Positions 27,410 to 37,024 of a stretch of 51,824 nucleotides of DNA are shown one piece after another. The notes beneath the pieces are model-generated. The model saw only the letters and a list, made by a program, of their open reading frames with translations, had not been told where the DNA came from and did no database searches. The translations under genes and the position numbers were made by a program. Where the stretch lies: contig WBXD01000001.1 in assembly GCA_008932935.1 (NCBI GenBank), forward strand, positions 1 through 51,824, given 5' to 3'. Within the stretch, counting starts at the first letter, position 1; each line of letters opens with the position of its first letter. The stretch is from Verrucomicrobiota bacterium (lineage in GTDB: Bacteria > Verrucomicrobiota > Verrucomicrobiia > Verrucomicrobiales > Akkermansiaceae).

Positions 27410-28105
27410 ATGAAACTACTCCCCTCGCTAAGCGCCCTGATACTAAGTGCCACACTCGCCCATTCCGCCGAAAAATCCATGTTCAACGGCAAGGACCTAA
27501 CTGGCTGGAAGGGCCAACCTGAATTCTGGAGTATCAAGGACGGAGCCATCACCGGCCAGACCAGCAAGGCCGTGCCGGCCAAGGAAAACACCTTCCTCAT
27601 CTGGGAGGGCGGCGAGCCAGGAGATTTTGAACTCACCTGCAAATTCAAAATCACCGACGCCAACGGCAAGTCCGACGGCTTCGGCAACTCCGGCATCCAG
27701 TACCGCAGCAAAGTGGTCAATCCTGCGTATAGCGTGGTCGCCGGCTATCAGGCAGATATGGAATGCGGCAAAACCTATTGCGGTATCCTCTATGAGGAAA
27801 AAGGCCGCGGCGTCCTTGCCCAGCGCGGCCAGAAAGTGGTCATCAGGGAAGGTAATAAAATCGACGTCACCGGCGAAACCGGCAAGAGCGACGTCATCCA
27901 GGCCGCGATCAAACCGGCCGACTGGAACGACTACAAGATCATCGCCAAGGGCAATCATCTCCAACAATTCATCAACGGCGTGTTGACCGTTGACGTGACT
28001 GACGAATCGAGCGTCGGCGCCAAGAAGGGTGTGATTGCGTTGCAATTGCACGCCGGTGAGCCGATGACGGTCCAATTCAAGGACATGATTTTGAAAAGCG
28101 AATAA
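27410..28105 (+). CDS. DUF1080 family protein (3-keto-disaccharide hydrolase-like)
   Basis: Signal peptide; MFNGKDLTGW; DFEL; NSGIQYRS; GYQAD; WNDYKIIAKGNH; GVIALQLHAG. Confidence 0.9.
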   Translation: MKLLPSLSALILSATLAHSAEKSMFNGKDLTGWKGQPEFWSIKDGAITGQTSKAVPAKENTFLIWEGGEPGDFELTCKFKITDANGKSDGFGNSGIQYRSKVVNPAYSVVAGYQADMECGKTYCGILYEEKGRGVLAQRGQKVVIREGNKIDVTGETGKSDVIQAAIKPADWNDYKIIAKGNHLQQFINGVLTVDVTDESSVGAKKGVIALQLHAGEPMTVQFKDMILKSE

Positions 28106-28129
28106 CCCACACTAACAAGAAATCCGATT

Positions 28130-29569
28130 ATGGCCAAAATAGCAATGATAGGAGCAGGCAGTTTGGTGTTCTGCAAGACGCTAATGTCTGACTTTCTCGC
28201 GACCCCTGCGCTGGCGGGTAGCGAGTACCGCTTGATGGCCCTGACCCACACGCGGCTGGATAAAATGCACGCGTTTGTCAGCCGCATGATCAGTGATAAC
28301 GGCGTCGATGCCACGGTGATGTCCACCACCGACCGTCGTGAGGCACTGCGCGACGCGGATTATGTGGTGGTGATGTTGCAGGCCGGTGGAGTCGAGGAAT
28401 TTCGTCAGGATTACGAGATTCCGTTGAAGTACGGGGTGGATCAATGCATTGGCGACACGCTGGGGCCTGGCGGGGTGTTTCGCGCGCTGCGGCACATTCC
28501 GGCACTGCTGGATATCGCCAAGGACATGCAGGAACTCTGCCCTAACGCCATCCTGTTCAACTATGCCAACCCGATGGCAATGTGCTGCTGGGCCTTGGGC
28601 CGGGTGCCGGGACTCCAGTTCGTCGGACTCTGCCACGGCGTCCAAACCACCATGGATTTGATCGCCAGCTACACCGGCGTGGCTAAGGACAAAATTGATT
28701 TTGTGGCCGCCGGCATCAACCATATGGGCTGGTTTTTGCGCCTCGAGCATGAAGGTCGCGACCTCTATCCGATTCTCAAAGCCAACTTTGAACAACCCGG
28801 GTACTATGTGAATGAAAAGGTGCGCGGTGAGGTGATGCGCCACTTTGGCTACTTCATGACCGAGAGCACCGGTCATCTATCGGAATATTTGCCGTACTTC
28901 CGTAAAAACCGCAAGGCCCTCGATCTGTATTGCGACGAACCGTCGTTCGGCGGCGAGTCCGGTGCGTATTACAAGTATTGCGCCATGCTGGCGGAGAAAT
29001 TTGCCAGTACTGATCCGCTGTCTATTGAGTCGACGGAGCTGGCGGCGCGCAGTGCAGAGTACTGTTCGCATATCATTGAGGCCAGGGAGACTGGCGAGAT
29101 TTTCCGCTTTAACGGCAACATTCGCAACGATGGCTACATCACCAATCTGCCCCAGGGTTGCTGCGTGGAAGTGCCAATCTATGTCGACCGGCTCGGCCTA
29201 CACCCGACGGTGGTGGGCGATTTGCCGCCGCAGTGTGCCGCTCTCAATCTAACCAACGTGTTGGTCCAAGGCCTCACCGTTGAAGCGAGCTTCAGCGGGG
29301 ATCCTGAATTGGTGATGCAAGCTGTGGCGCTCGATCCGCTGACCTCTGCGGTGCTGACGCTTGCGGAGATTCGCTCGATGGTGACTGAAATGTTCGAGGC
29401 GCAACGCAGCTACCTGCCGCAATTTGCCGGCCGCTCGCTGCGTGCCGTGCCCGCCATCAGCGTGCCGGCTGACGTCAAACGCCAGGAGGTTCCAGTCGAC
29501 CCGGCGCTGGCCATTGCCCATCGTTTCGGGACTCTCGCCAAAAGTCTGACGCCATCCCAGCAGGCTTAA
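28130..29569 (+). CDS. melA: GH4 NAD+/Mn2+-dependent alpha-galactosidase
   Basis: KIAMIGAGS; KYGVDQCIGDTLGPGG; NYANP; GLCHGV; GINHM; TESTGHLSEYLP; NIRNDGYITNLP; CVEVP; ALDPLT. Confidence 0.88.
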   Translation: MAKIAMIGAGSLVFCKTLMSDFLATPALAGSEYRLMALTHTRLDKMHAFVSRMISDNGVDATVMSTTDRREALRDADYVVVMLQAGGVEEFRQDYEIPLKYGVDQCIGDTLGPGGVFRALRHIPALLDIAKDMQELCPNAILFNYANPMAMCCWALGRVPGLQFVGLCHGVQTTMDLIASYTGVAKDKIDFVAAGINHMGWFLRLEHEGRDLYPILKANFEQPGYYVNEKVRGEVMRHFGYFMTESTGHLSEYLPYFRKNRKALDLYCDEPSFGGESGAYYKYCAMLAEKFASTDPLSIESTELAARSAEYCSHIIEARETGEIFRFNGNIRNDGYITNLPQGCCVEVPIYVDRLGLHPTVVGDLPPQCAALNLTNVLVQGLTVEASFSGDPELVMQAVALDPLTSAVLTLAEIRSMVTEMFEAQRSYLPQFAGRSLRAVPAISVPADVKRQEVPVDPALAIAHRFGTLAKSLTPSQQA

Positions 29570-29755
29570 TGATGGTGGGGTAATTTGGCAGATGGTGGCG
29601 TGAATCAAGCGCTCGACGGCTGTCGCGTCGGGCGAGCGCAGCTTCACGATGAGTTCGTAAAACTGCGTGGTGACAAGAGTCGCAATATTCACCGTGAGCA
29701 CGCGGCCACCCTGTCGGAGCGGTGACACCCTAAGTGGCGTCGTCGTTGATCCGCG

Positions 29756-30067
29756 CTAACTGCGCTTGGCGAGTTGCTTGCGGAACAGCGGGATGAGTTC
29801 GGCATTCATCCAGTCAAAGGCGCCTTCCAGCCCCCCTTCCAGATAGAGTTTGCCGATGGCGGCCTCGACGCGGGTGGGATTGCCGAACGCGCTGAGAAAC
29901 TCATTGGAGGTCAGGCGGGTGAACCACACACCGTCCATGGTTTGGCGTTCGCGCAGGACAAATTGGCGGGCAAACAGCGCCAGCACGGCATCGCCGATCC
30001 ATGCTGCTTCACGTTCTTGGCGGAGTTCTTCGTCTTTACGGCTCACGCGGGACAGCATGTGGGTCAC
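29756..30067 (-). CDS. Very short ribonuclease III-domain protein (Mini-III-like)
   Basis: AAWIGDAVLALFAR and TRVEAAIGKLYL match the two Mini-III/RNase III catalytic motifs. No dsRBD; about 100 aa. Confidence 0.65.
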   Translation of the reverse strand: MTHMLSRVSRKDEELRQEREAAWIGDAVLALFARQFVLRERQTMDGVWFTRLTSNEFLSAFGNPTRVEAAIGKLYLEGGLEGAFDWMNAELIPLFRKQLAKRS

Positions 30068-30642
30068 ATGGTAGGTCGTGCGAGCTTATCTATGCGTTCG
30101 CGTGAAATTCGTTCGCGCAGACGTGTTTCTGACTCCGCATCCCAGTATCCGGGCTGCAGTTCGATGAACACGGAGGTGTAGGGCAGGGCGGTGGGCGTGC
30201 GGATGACCAGGATGTTGAAATTCTGACTGGCGTCTTCCAGCAGTGTCAGCAGTGATTGCTGCTCGAGTTCGGTGGTCTCATGTGAACGCAGCGCCGTGGC
30301 GAGTTGCCTGCGGTGTTCGTCAATGCCGGGGGTGTACTCATTGTCGATGGCACGCTGCTCGCGGGTCAGATAAATTTGCGGTCGCACCCGTTGGGTTTGT
30401 TCCAAGGTATCGAGCACATAGTCAACGACCTCGGGGATCTCGACGTTGGTGGTCACCTGGCGGATGCCGGGGCGGTTTTGTGCGGGCAGCGAGGGCTCGG
30501 CAATCACGATCCAATTGCGATAACCCAGTTGGCCCACTTGGTTGGCCACCGCTACTTTCCACGCGTCTCCATGATGCACCAGCTCGCATCCGAGTGATGA
30601 CACCGCCAGTCCAAGCACCATCAAGCTTTGGCCAATACGCAT
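30064..30642 (-). CDS. RbsD/FucU-like (pyranase/mutarotase fold) lipoprotein
   Basis: Lipobox-like SSLG-C; LGYRNWIVIAEPSLP (compare RbsD LGHxDxxxIxDAGLP); VIRTPTALPYTSVFI near the C-terminus. Overlaps the next gene via GTGA. Confidence 0.6.
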   Translation of the reverse strand: MRIGQSLMVLGLAVSSLGCELVHHGDAWKVAVANQVGQLGYRNWIVIAEPSLPAQNRPGIRQVTTNVEIPEVVDYVLDTLEQTQRVRPQIYLTREQRAIDNEYTPGIDEHRRQLATALRSHETTELEQQSLLTLLEDASQNFNILVIRTPTALPYTSVFIELQPGYWDAESETRLRERISRERIDKLARPTM

Positions 30643-30780
30643 CGGCTGTAAGTTAAGACGTGCCCGGGCAAATTGTCAATACCCCTGCTGTCGGGTTGTC
30701 GGAACAAGTGCTTGAACCAGCATGGCGGCGGCGGTGGATTGCCGCTTGCTCCCGCGGCGGCCGCGGGCCATCCTCAGCCT

Positions 30781-33126
30781 ATGAAAACGCTGCCATTGAA
30801 AGCCGCAATGTGCCGGTGGATTGCAAGTTGCTGTCTGCTGCTGGGGAGTTTGCCTCATCCCGCATCCGGTCAGGTCGCCGCTTTGAAACAGGCCGCCGAA
30901 AGCCTAGAGGCTGCCAAACCCAAGCCCCCGGAAACGGCCGGTGACGCCCGCTCCCGCATAGCTCAATGGGATCAGGAGGCCCGCGACGCGCTGGCACACT
31001 TGGATGCCCCCGGTGCTGCTGCCGCCCTGCCCGAGGGCATCAGCGCCGAGGAGTTGGACGAGCGCCGTCGCGATCTGGAGCGTATGCTGCAGGACAGCAC
31101 CCGCACGCTCAAAAATTTCACCGTCATTGAGGACGCCCGCAAGGGGCTCGAAACCTCGCGTGCCAACGCGGCCGCATGGACTGGATTCAAGCAAAAGCCG
31201 CCCTACTCGCTGTTGCTCAGCGACGATCTGCTCACCGAGCGCGATGCGATCAGCGCCACCCTTAGCTCGTTTGCCTCCTCGTTGGCCAATTACCAGCGTC
31301 TCCTCGTCAGTGTCTTGGTGGAAACTAAAGCCGCGGAGGAGGCTGTTAACGAAGCTCTGGGCCAATTCCACAATGCCGCCCCAGCTGCCGTGGCCGCTGC
31401 CAAGTGGCGCCTCGACGCCGCCCGCGGTCACTCGCGGGTGTTGGCGCTGCAGGGCGGCTTGATCCAGAACTTTATCGACAGCTACCAGGATCGTATCGCC
31501 GCCGCCAACATCGATCTCACGTTGCTTGAAAGACAGGTGAAAATCGTCAAGACCAATGCCCGATTCGGCGACGAGGATTTCGTCAAACTCGGCAAACTTG
31601 CCGCTGAGCGCAAACAAGCGATCCGCAAGGACCTCGACGCAGTTTCCAAAAAGCTCAAAGCGGCCCTAAGCCTCCGCAGTCAGGCGCAAGCGGCCCTCTC
31701 GGCCCTCACCGCCACCGCCGCCACCGCCGCCACCGCCGCCACCGCCGAAGCGCCCGGGCTCGAACTTGCCAAGTATCGCGTGGAGGTCGCCGAAGGCCGC
31801 GTGGAAACCATGCAGGCGCTCACCGAGGGCATGGAGAGCTTCCAGCAACTCGAAGCCCTCGCCATCCAAGCCTATCAGGACCGGCGGACCCTGGTGGAAG
31901 CCAAAACCCCCCGTCAGCGGGAGCAGGCGCTCGCCGCCCTGAGCGTGCCGCGCGAATACCTGTGGGCCTGGGTCAACGTGGTTGATGACGAGCTCACCAG
32001 GACCGCTGCGGATTTCGGCAAGCTCGAAGCGCGAGCGGTGGCGCTGAGTTCCGAGGATCCGCGCTGCGCCCTGCTCAACGAACAGCGAGCCTACACCGGG
32101 GATAAGCTCGCACTGTTCCAGCGACTGTCCCAAGCGGTCGAGGCCCAGCGCAAATTGGTCAAACTCTGGATCCTCGAGTATGCACCGGCACCCGCCAACC
32201 AGGGATTTTCAGCCCGCCTCGCCAGCTTCGCCACCGCCGCTTGGACCACGGTGAAAAGCATCTGGTCCTTCGAGGTGATGAGCTTCGATGACAAGGTGGA
32301 GGTGGACGGCCAGACGATCACTGGTAAGATTCCCGTCACCCTCGGCATGCTGTTGCGAGCGGCGGTGCTTTTTCTGATCGCTTACGGGGTGTGCTCACTC
32401 ATTGCCAGGCACCTCCATCGCGAATTGGTCGCCCGCGGCCACCTCGCCGACGCCCAGGCCCGCACCCTGCGCAACTGGGGCATGATCGTCGTAGGCGTGT
32501 GTCTCGTCATCGCCACCCTCGGCTTTCTGCATATCCCGCTCACCGTGTTTGCTTTCTTCGGTGGTGCCCTCGCCATCGGTCTGGGCTTTGGCACCCAATC
32601 CCTGATCAAAAATTTCATCAGCGGCATCATTGTCCTAGTGGAGCGCAAGGTGCGCGTAGGGGACATTGTAGAAGTGGATGGCATTGCGGGCACCATCGTA
32701 GAAATCAACACTCGCTCGTCGGTATTGCGCGGGTCCGACGATGTGGAAACGATGATTCCCAACTCGGTGCTTCTCGATAGCCGGGTGACTAATCGCACCC
32801 TCTCCGATACCCGGATGCGCCGCTGCCTGCGTCTTAGCGTCGCCTATGGCACCCCGCCCGCGCAGGTGATGGATATTCTCACCGAGGCGGCCGCACGCCA
32901 TGGCCTCGTCTGTGCCGACCCTGCTGCCTTCGCTGTTTTCGAGGAGTTTGGCGACAGCGCCCTGCTTTTCTGCCTCTACTTCTGGCTCGACCTCGCCGGC
33001 CCCGGCAACGCCCAAGTGGTCGCCAGTGACCTGCGAATCATCATTGAAAAACGCCTTGGCGAAGTGGGTTTTGGCGTGCAACTGCCGCAACGCGACGTCC
33101 ACCTCGCTACCCTCCAGCGCCTCTAG
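30781..33126 (+). CDS. MscS-family mechanosensitive channel with a long periplasmic coiled-coil N-terminus
   Basis: Signal peptide; long helical region; FFGGALAIGLGFGTQSLIKNFISGIIVLVERKVRVGDIVEVDG; INTRSS; IPNS; FEEFGDSAL; PQRDVHL. Confidence 0.9.
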   Translation: MKTLPLKAAMCRWIASCCLLLGSLPHPASGQVAALKQAAESLEAAKPKPPETAGDARSRIAQWDQEARDALAHLDAPGAAAALPEGISAEELDERRRDLERMLQDSTRTLKNFTVIEDARKGLETSRANAAAWTGFKQKPPYSLLLSDDLLTERDAISATLSSFASSLANYQRLLVSVLVETKAAEEAVNEALGQFHNAAPAAVAAAKWRLDAARGHSRVLALQGGLIQNFIDSYQDRIAAANIDLTLLERQVKIVKTNARFGDEDFVKLGKLAAERKQAIRKDLDAVSKKLKAALSLRSQAQAALSALTATAATAATAATAEAPGLELAKYRVEVAEGRVETMQALTEGMESFQQLEALAIQAYQDRRTLVEAKTPRQREQALAALSVPREYLWAWVNVVDDELTRTAADFGKLEARAVALSSEDPRCALLNEQRAYTGDKLALFQRLSQAVEAQRKLVKLWILEYAPAPANQGFSARLASFATAAWTTVKSIWSFEVMSFDDKVEVDGQTITGKIPVTLGMLLRAAVLFLIAYGVCSLIARHLHRELVARGHLADAQARTLRNWGMIVVGVCLVIATLGFLHIPLTVFAFFGGALAIGLGFGTQSLIKNFISGIIVLVERKVRVGDIVEVDGIAGTIVEINTRSSVLRGSDDVETMIPNSVLLDSRVTNRTLSDTRMRRCLRLSVAYGTPPAQVMDILTEAAARHGLVCADPAAFAVFEEFGDSALLFCLYFWLDLAGPGNAQVVASDLRIIIEKRLGEVGFGVQLPQRDVHLATLQRL
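31708..31747 (+). repeat. In-frame (ACCGCCGCC)n microsatellite encoding a Thr/Ala linker
   Basis: acc gcc accgccgcc accgccgcc accgccgcc accgcc translates to TATAATAATAATA. Confidence 0.75.
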
Positions 33127-33157
33127 GTTGAGTGGATGGCCCAGCCCGATTGCTAGC

Positions 33158-33859
33158 TCAATCGGCGCTGAGGTATTTGTAATCCTGGAGGTTGAGAGCC
33201 TGCAGGGCGCCTGCGGCATCGTCATAGAGGACGACGACATAGTTGCCGGGTTCGCCGACGGGGATGGATGGGAGGTTGCGGGCGTTGCAGCGCAGCGGCA
33301 CGTAGCCCTCGGGATAGAGGATCGGGGATTGAGCCACGCTTAGGCGTTTGACTGTGACGGCTGTCCATTTCCCATAAGGCGCGCGGATTTCCAGGTTGAG
33401 CTCGGGAGTTTGGGAAACCGACACAAAGGTGGCTGAGCGTTGGGTGACGGGATCAATTTGGCGCAGTCGTAGAATGCGCATCGCCCAGTGGGCTGGCTTA
33501 TCGTCGGTGGCGGCCACCCGTTCGGCAAAGGGAATGAGGGTGATCGTGTGCTCCGATGCTAGGTTCAGGTGGGTGACGCCCTCACTCACGCCGGGGCGTT
33601 TGAGTGAAATTTCATGCGTGCCGGGTTGCAGACCCATGCCACCGGTGACGTCGCCTAACACGTAGCCATCCGGATTCATCAACTCGCCATCGATAAACAG
33701 CAGCAACTTGTCCCGACCTTGCGCCACCGCATCAACGAGGCGGACAAACCCGGGTTTGTCTGCGGCAGCTGCGGGATCGGATGAGTATGTTAGAAAACAG
33801 CCAAGTAGCCAGGCTGTCAGTGGCAGGGTGCGGGAAAAAATGTCAGAAGTTGTTTTCAT
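33158..33859 (-). CDS. Secreted hypothetical protein (DUF4397-like beta-sandwich), last gene of the pseudopilin cassette
   Basis: ATG 33859 overlaps the end of the upstream gene; signal peptide; GFVRLVDAV, LFIDG, GTHEISL, GNYVVVLY. Confidence 0.6.
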   Translation of the reverse strand: MKTTSDIFSRTLPLTAWLLGCFLTYSSDPAAAADKPGFVRLVDAVAQGRDKLLLFIDGELMNPDGYVLGDVTGGMGLQPGTHEISLKRPGVSEGVTHLNLASEHTITLIPFAERVAATDDKPAHWAMRILRLRQIDPVTQRSATFVSVSQTPELNLEIRAPYGKWTAVTVKRLSVAQSPILYPEGYVPLRCNARNLPSIPVGEPGNYVVVLYDDAAGALQALNLQDYKYLSAD

Positions 33860-36800
33860 GGGTGATGGCAGTTTGACATTTGTTAGAGTCGATAGTGCCA
33901 TCGCTGTTGCGCAGGCCCGGATCGGCAAACAGAGTGAAGACCTTGCGGACTTCGGCGAGGACTTGCGGCGCGGCCGTGGGACTGGCGGTGGGCGCAAGGG
34001 CTTGACCGATGACCCAGACGCGGAAGTTGCGTGAGCGCACAGTTGACGCTTCATAGACCCGGGCGAACACCTCCTCGGCGGCGGCATCACTCCATTGCAC
34101 GCGTGTTTTGTTAGGAATGTGGATGCTGGGCCGGTACACGCCCGGGTTGCCGAATGCCGGTTTGCCATCCTGATCCTTGGCTAGGGCGAGTTGCGAAGGA
34201 CTGGCAAACGGTCGGGCGCGGACAATGGCGTCGGCGATGCGGTCGGCCTCGGATTGGGTGCCGCTGGACGGGGCGTACAGGGTGGTTAGGGTGGGGGGAG
34301 GAGCCATGAGCGGAGCCGCCTGATGGATGAGGGTGTCGGGCACGGTAGCCAGCGCTGGATCCTGTCCCAAGGCACCGGCAGCCATGGCACGCAAGACCTC
34401 TCTGGTGGCGGTGTTGACATTCACGTGGCCGCGAATTTCCACTAGATGGCCTTCGCGCAAGGCCGCTTCAGGGGAGCGCGAGCGGCCGGCGTGAAATAGA
34501 TCGAGCAGATGAATAGCGCGCTTGCCGGGTTGGTCAAACGCCGGGTGTTCCGGTCGGCCGATGCGCAGTGAATTGCCGCCGCCATAGTCGGGGCTGGAAG
34601 GGCTGGCGGCGAGTACGTCGGGCCAGGCGCCGCGGTTGGCAGGCATGATGCCCTTGCGGAGGGCGGCGGTATCCTGCGGGTTGTCGTAGGTGGGTTGCCA
34701 CAGAATCGGGTCATAGATGCGGCCGAGTTCGGTGGCGCTGTAAAACCGTCCGGCATTGGATAGGCGTTGCGGGGCCTGGCTGGCGAGGGGATTTTGGTTC
34801 CAGAGGTATTGCGGATCGGTGGGTGTGACTTGGTCATTCTGGCTCAGCGGCCAAGAGCCGACGGCGGAATCGTGGCCACCGTCGGGCCACTCGGATGGCA
34901 GCACCCGGCCGTAGGTTTTGGGTTTGCGGGGGGAGTCGGCATCATAGATGGTGCTGCGGCGGATATTGCGGCGGTTAGGGCTGGAGTTTTCCGGATAGGC
35001 ATTTTCCCCGAGGGGGGTACTACGCAGATAGTAGGAAATGCGCGGGTCGCCGAGGTTGTCAATTGGGGAGTCATAAGTGCCGAAGCTCAGTGCGGCGACG
35101 GTGGCTTTGGAGGCGTAGCGTGGGTCTGAGATATCGAACTCGAGGCCACTTTTCTGGCGGATGATAGCGGTGGCGCGGTCCACTTCCTGGCCGTTCCACA
35201 GCAGGGAAATGCCGGCGGCACCTATCGGCTCGGTAAGGCTGAAATGATTGGCAACCGCAATGCTGGTGGGGCCGACATCCAGCGCATAGGTAACCTCGGC
35301 GGCCTCATAGGTCTTGTATTCATTGGCCCGCATGCTCACCGCGATTTCCGGTGACCAGAAGCGGCCGGCGATTTTCGTCAGGTGGTGGCTGGTTTTGGCG
35401 GAGTCGTCGAGCAGGGAGGGGTCGTCGAAGCGTTTGGAACCGGTGCCGGCGCCGATGCCGTCCATCTGCAGTGCGACCTCGTAGCTGAGGCGTGCGGAGG
35501 CGCTGACGTCGATGTTGGTCATGTTCCAGAGTTCGGCAAACACCTTGAAGTGCCAGTTGAGGATGCGCCGGCCCTTGAGTTCGGTTGCACCGGCATAGCG
35601 GATCTGCAAGACGACTTCGCTGAGGAGCGGGAAGGCATCCAGGCCGCGGTGGCTGCCGGCTAGCAGTGTGGATTGGCTGTCTGTGTCGGCGTAGTCGATG
35701 GCGTTGGCGGCGAGGGTTTGCAGATAGTCGTCGGGAAAACCGCCTTTGCGGTTAACAAATTCCGGCAGCGCTTGGGTAATGAATGCGGCCATCGGAGCGA
35801 CCCCCGCCGAGCCCTGGGCCAGCAGCGCGTTGAGGTTGAGCTTAGGCACGCCGGCCACTGCGGCGTCGATACCGGGGACGTAGGGGACGCATGGTTGTTC
35901 TAGATATGGCTGCGGGGTGGTTGCTAGGTTTTCCTCGATGGCGCGGGCGGCCGGGTTGCTTAGATGGCCGCTGGGGTCGCGGCTCAGAGGTGCTTGGACG
36001 GCGGCTGCGGCGAGCAGCGAGTCTGGGGAAATCATTCCATTGCGGTTGGCGATGAGGGTTGTGGCGAGCTTGCTGGGCTTGGCGGGGGTGGTGGCCGGGT
36101 CGATGGCGTGGAGGGCGAGTGGAGCGAGCGCGGGATGCGAGGGGTTGGGATCGAGAGCGGGTGCGGGAAACGGCCAGGTGGCGGCGATCGGGGAGGCATC
36201 TTGGCCATCGGCATTGCCGGTGGTCTTGGGATCGAGTTTGCCCTGCAAGTCTTCAACCCAGAAGGCATAACGGGCGACGAGTTGATGCCGCTCGTCAAGG
36301 ATGGGAATCCAGGCGAGGCGCAGCGGCCCGCAGTAGGGCAGGGGACTGAGAGCAATATAGGCGTCCGTTGCAGCTGGGATGAGCGGCTCAATATCCGGGG
36401 CGGCGAGCCGGGGAGTGGCGGGGAGTTGTTCGGTGGCGCTGAAGAGCGGCAGGTAACTGAAGGTGACGGAGTTGTTGTGGGTTGACTTGACTTGCGCTAA
36501 CAACACATATGGGGCGGCTTGGCGCGCGCTGCGGACGGGTTGCTTGAGCGTGGCTTGGAGCACCAGGAAGGTGTCGTTTGAGGTGGCTTGTTTGAGGCTG
36601 GCTTCAACTTGTTGCAGTGCGGCGCTGGCAGCCAGTTCGGCGCGCTGGTACTCGACGTAAGAACGAGCGGTGCGGCGTTCGAGGCCGACGCCGAGGAGCA
36701 GTGCTACGGCGAGGATCAGCAAGGCGGACACGATGAAGAGCAGCGCCGGCAGGATGAAGGCCGGGACTGTCGCCAGACATCTGAAATGGCCTGTAGCGGC

Positions 36801-36881
36801 GCTCTGTGAGCGCCGGTGTGCATGAAAAGGCGATTGTCGCAACGGCGGGTGCTTTGGCGGTTCATGGGCTGCGGCGGTCAT
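33843..36881 (-). CDS. Verru_Chthon cassette protein A-like large PilX/GspK-type pseudopilin
   Basis: N-terminal hydrophobic helix FILPALLFIVSALLILAVALL lacking Glu5; RAELAA; RYAFWVEDLQGKLD; LAANAIDYADTD; GHVNVNTA; C-terminal EEVFARVY..STVRSRNFRVWVIGQ. Start uncertain (36881 or 36974). Confidence 0.72.
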   Translation of the reverse strand: MTAAAHEPPKHPPLRQSPFHAHRRSQSAATGHFRCLATVPAFILPALLFIVSALLILAVALLLGVGLERRTARSYVEYQRAELAASAALQQVEASLKQATSNDTFLVLQATLKQPVRSARQAAPYVLLAQVKSTHNNSVTFSYLPLFSATEQLPATPRLAAPDIEPLIPAATDAYIALSPLPYCGPLRLAWIPILDERHQLVARYAFWVEDLQGKLDPKTTGNADGQDASPIAATWPFPAPALDPNPSHPALAPLALHAIDPATTPAKPSKLATTLIANRNGMISPDSLLAAAAVQAPLSRDPSGHLSNPAARAIEENLATTPQPYLEQPCVPYVPGIDAAVAGVPKLNLNALLAQGSAGVAPMAAFITQALPEFVNRKGGFPDDYLQTLAANAIDYADTDSQSTLLAGSHRGLDAFPLLSEVVLQIRYAGATELKGRRILNWHFKVFAELWNMTNIDVSASARLSYEVALQMDGIGAGTGSKRFDDPSLLDDSAKTSHHLTKIAGRFWSPEIAVSMRANEYKTYEAAEVTYALDVGPTSIAVANHFSLTEPIGAAGISLLWNGQEVDRATAIIRQKSGLEFDISDPRYASKATVAALSFGTYDSPIDNLGDPRISYYLRSTPLGENAYPENSSPNRRNIRRSTIYDADSPRKPKTYGRVLPSEWPDGGHDSAVGSWPLSQNDQVTPTDPQYLWNQNPLASQAPQRLSNAGRFYSATELGRIYDPILWQPTYDNPQDTAALRKGIMPANRGAWPDVLAASPSSPDYGGGNSLRIGRPEHPAFDQPGKRAIHLLDLFHAGRSRSPEAALREGHLVEIRGHVNVNTATREVLRAMAAGALGQDPALATVPDTLIHQAAPLMAPPPTLTTLYAPSSGTQSEADRIADAIVRARPFASPSQLALAKDQDGKPAFGNPGVYRPSIHIPNKTRVQWSDAAAEEVFARVYEASTVRSRNFRVWVIGQALAPTASPTAAPQVLAEVRKVFTLFADPGLRNSDGTIDSNKCQTAITHENNF

Positions 36882-37024
36882 AGGCGCGCCGCTACAATGC
36901 GGCAGATATTCTCGCGCGGCTCTTGATCTATCAAAACCGCGCGTCCTCCCCAAGGTGAATGCCATGATACTCATAACTCTCGATTTTATCCGTGCAATCC
37001 GTGGTTTCTATTTTCTTCTTCAGG

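Noticed and set aside
29249-29728. Minus-strand ORF overlapping the end of GH4
   Set aside because: No recognisable motif and a 320-bp antisense overlap with melA. The 29570-29728 part could be a remnant but this is unsupported.
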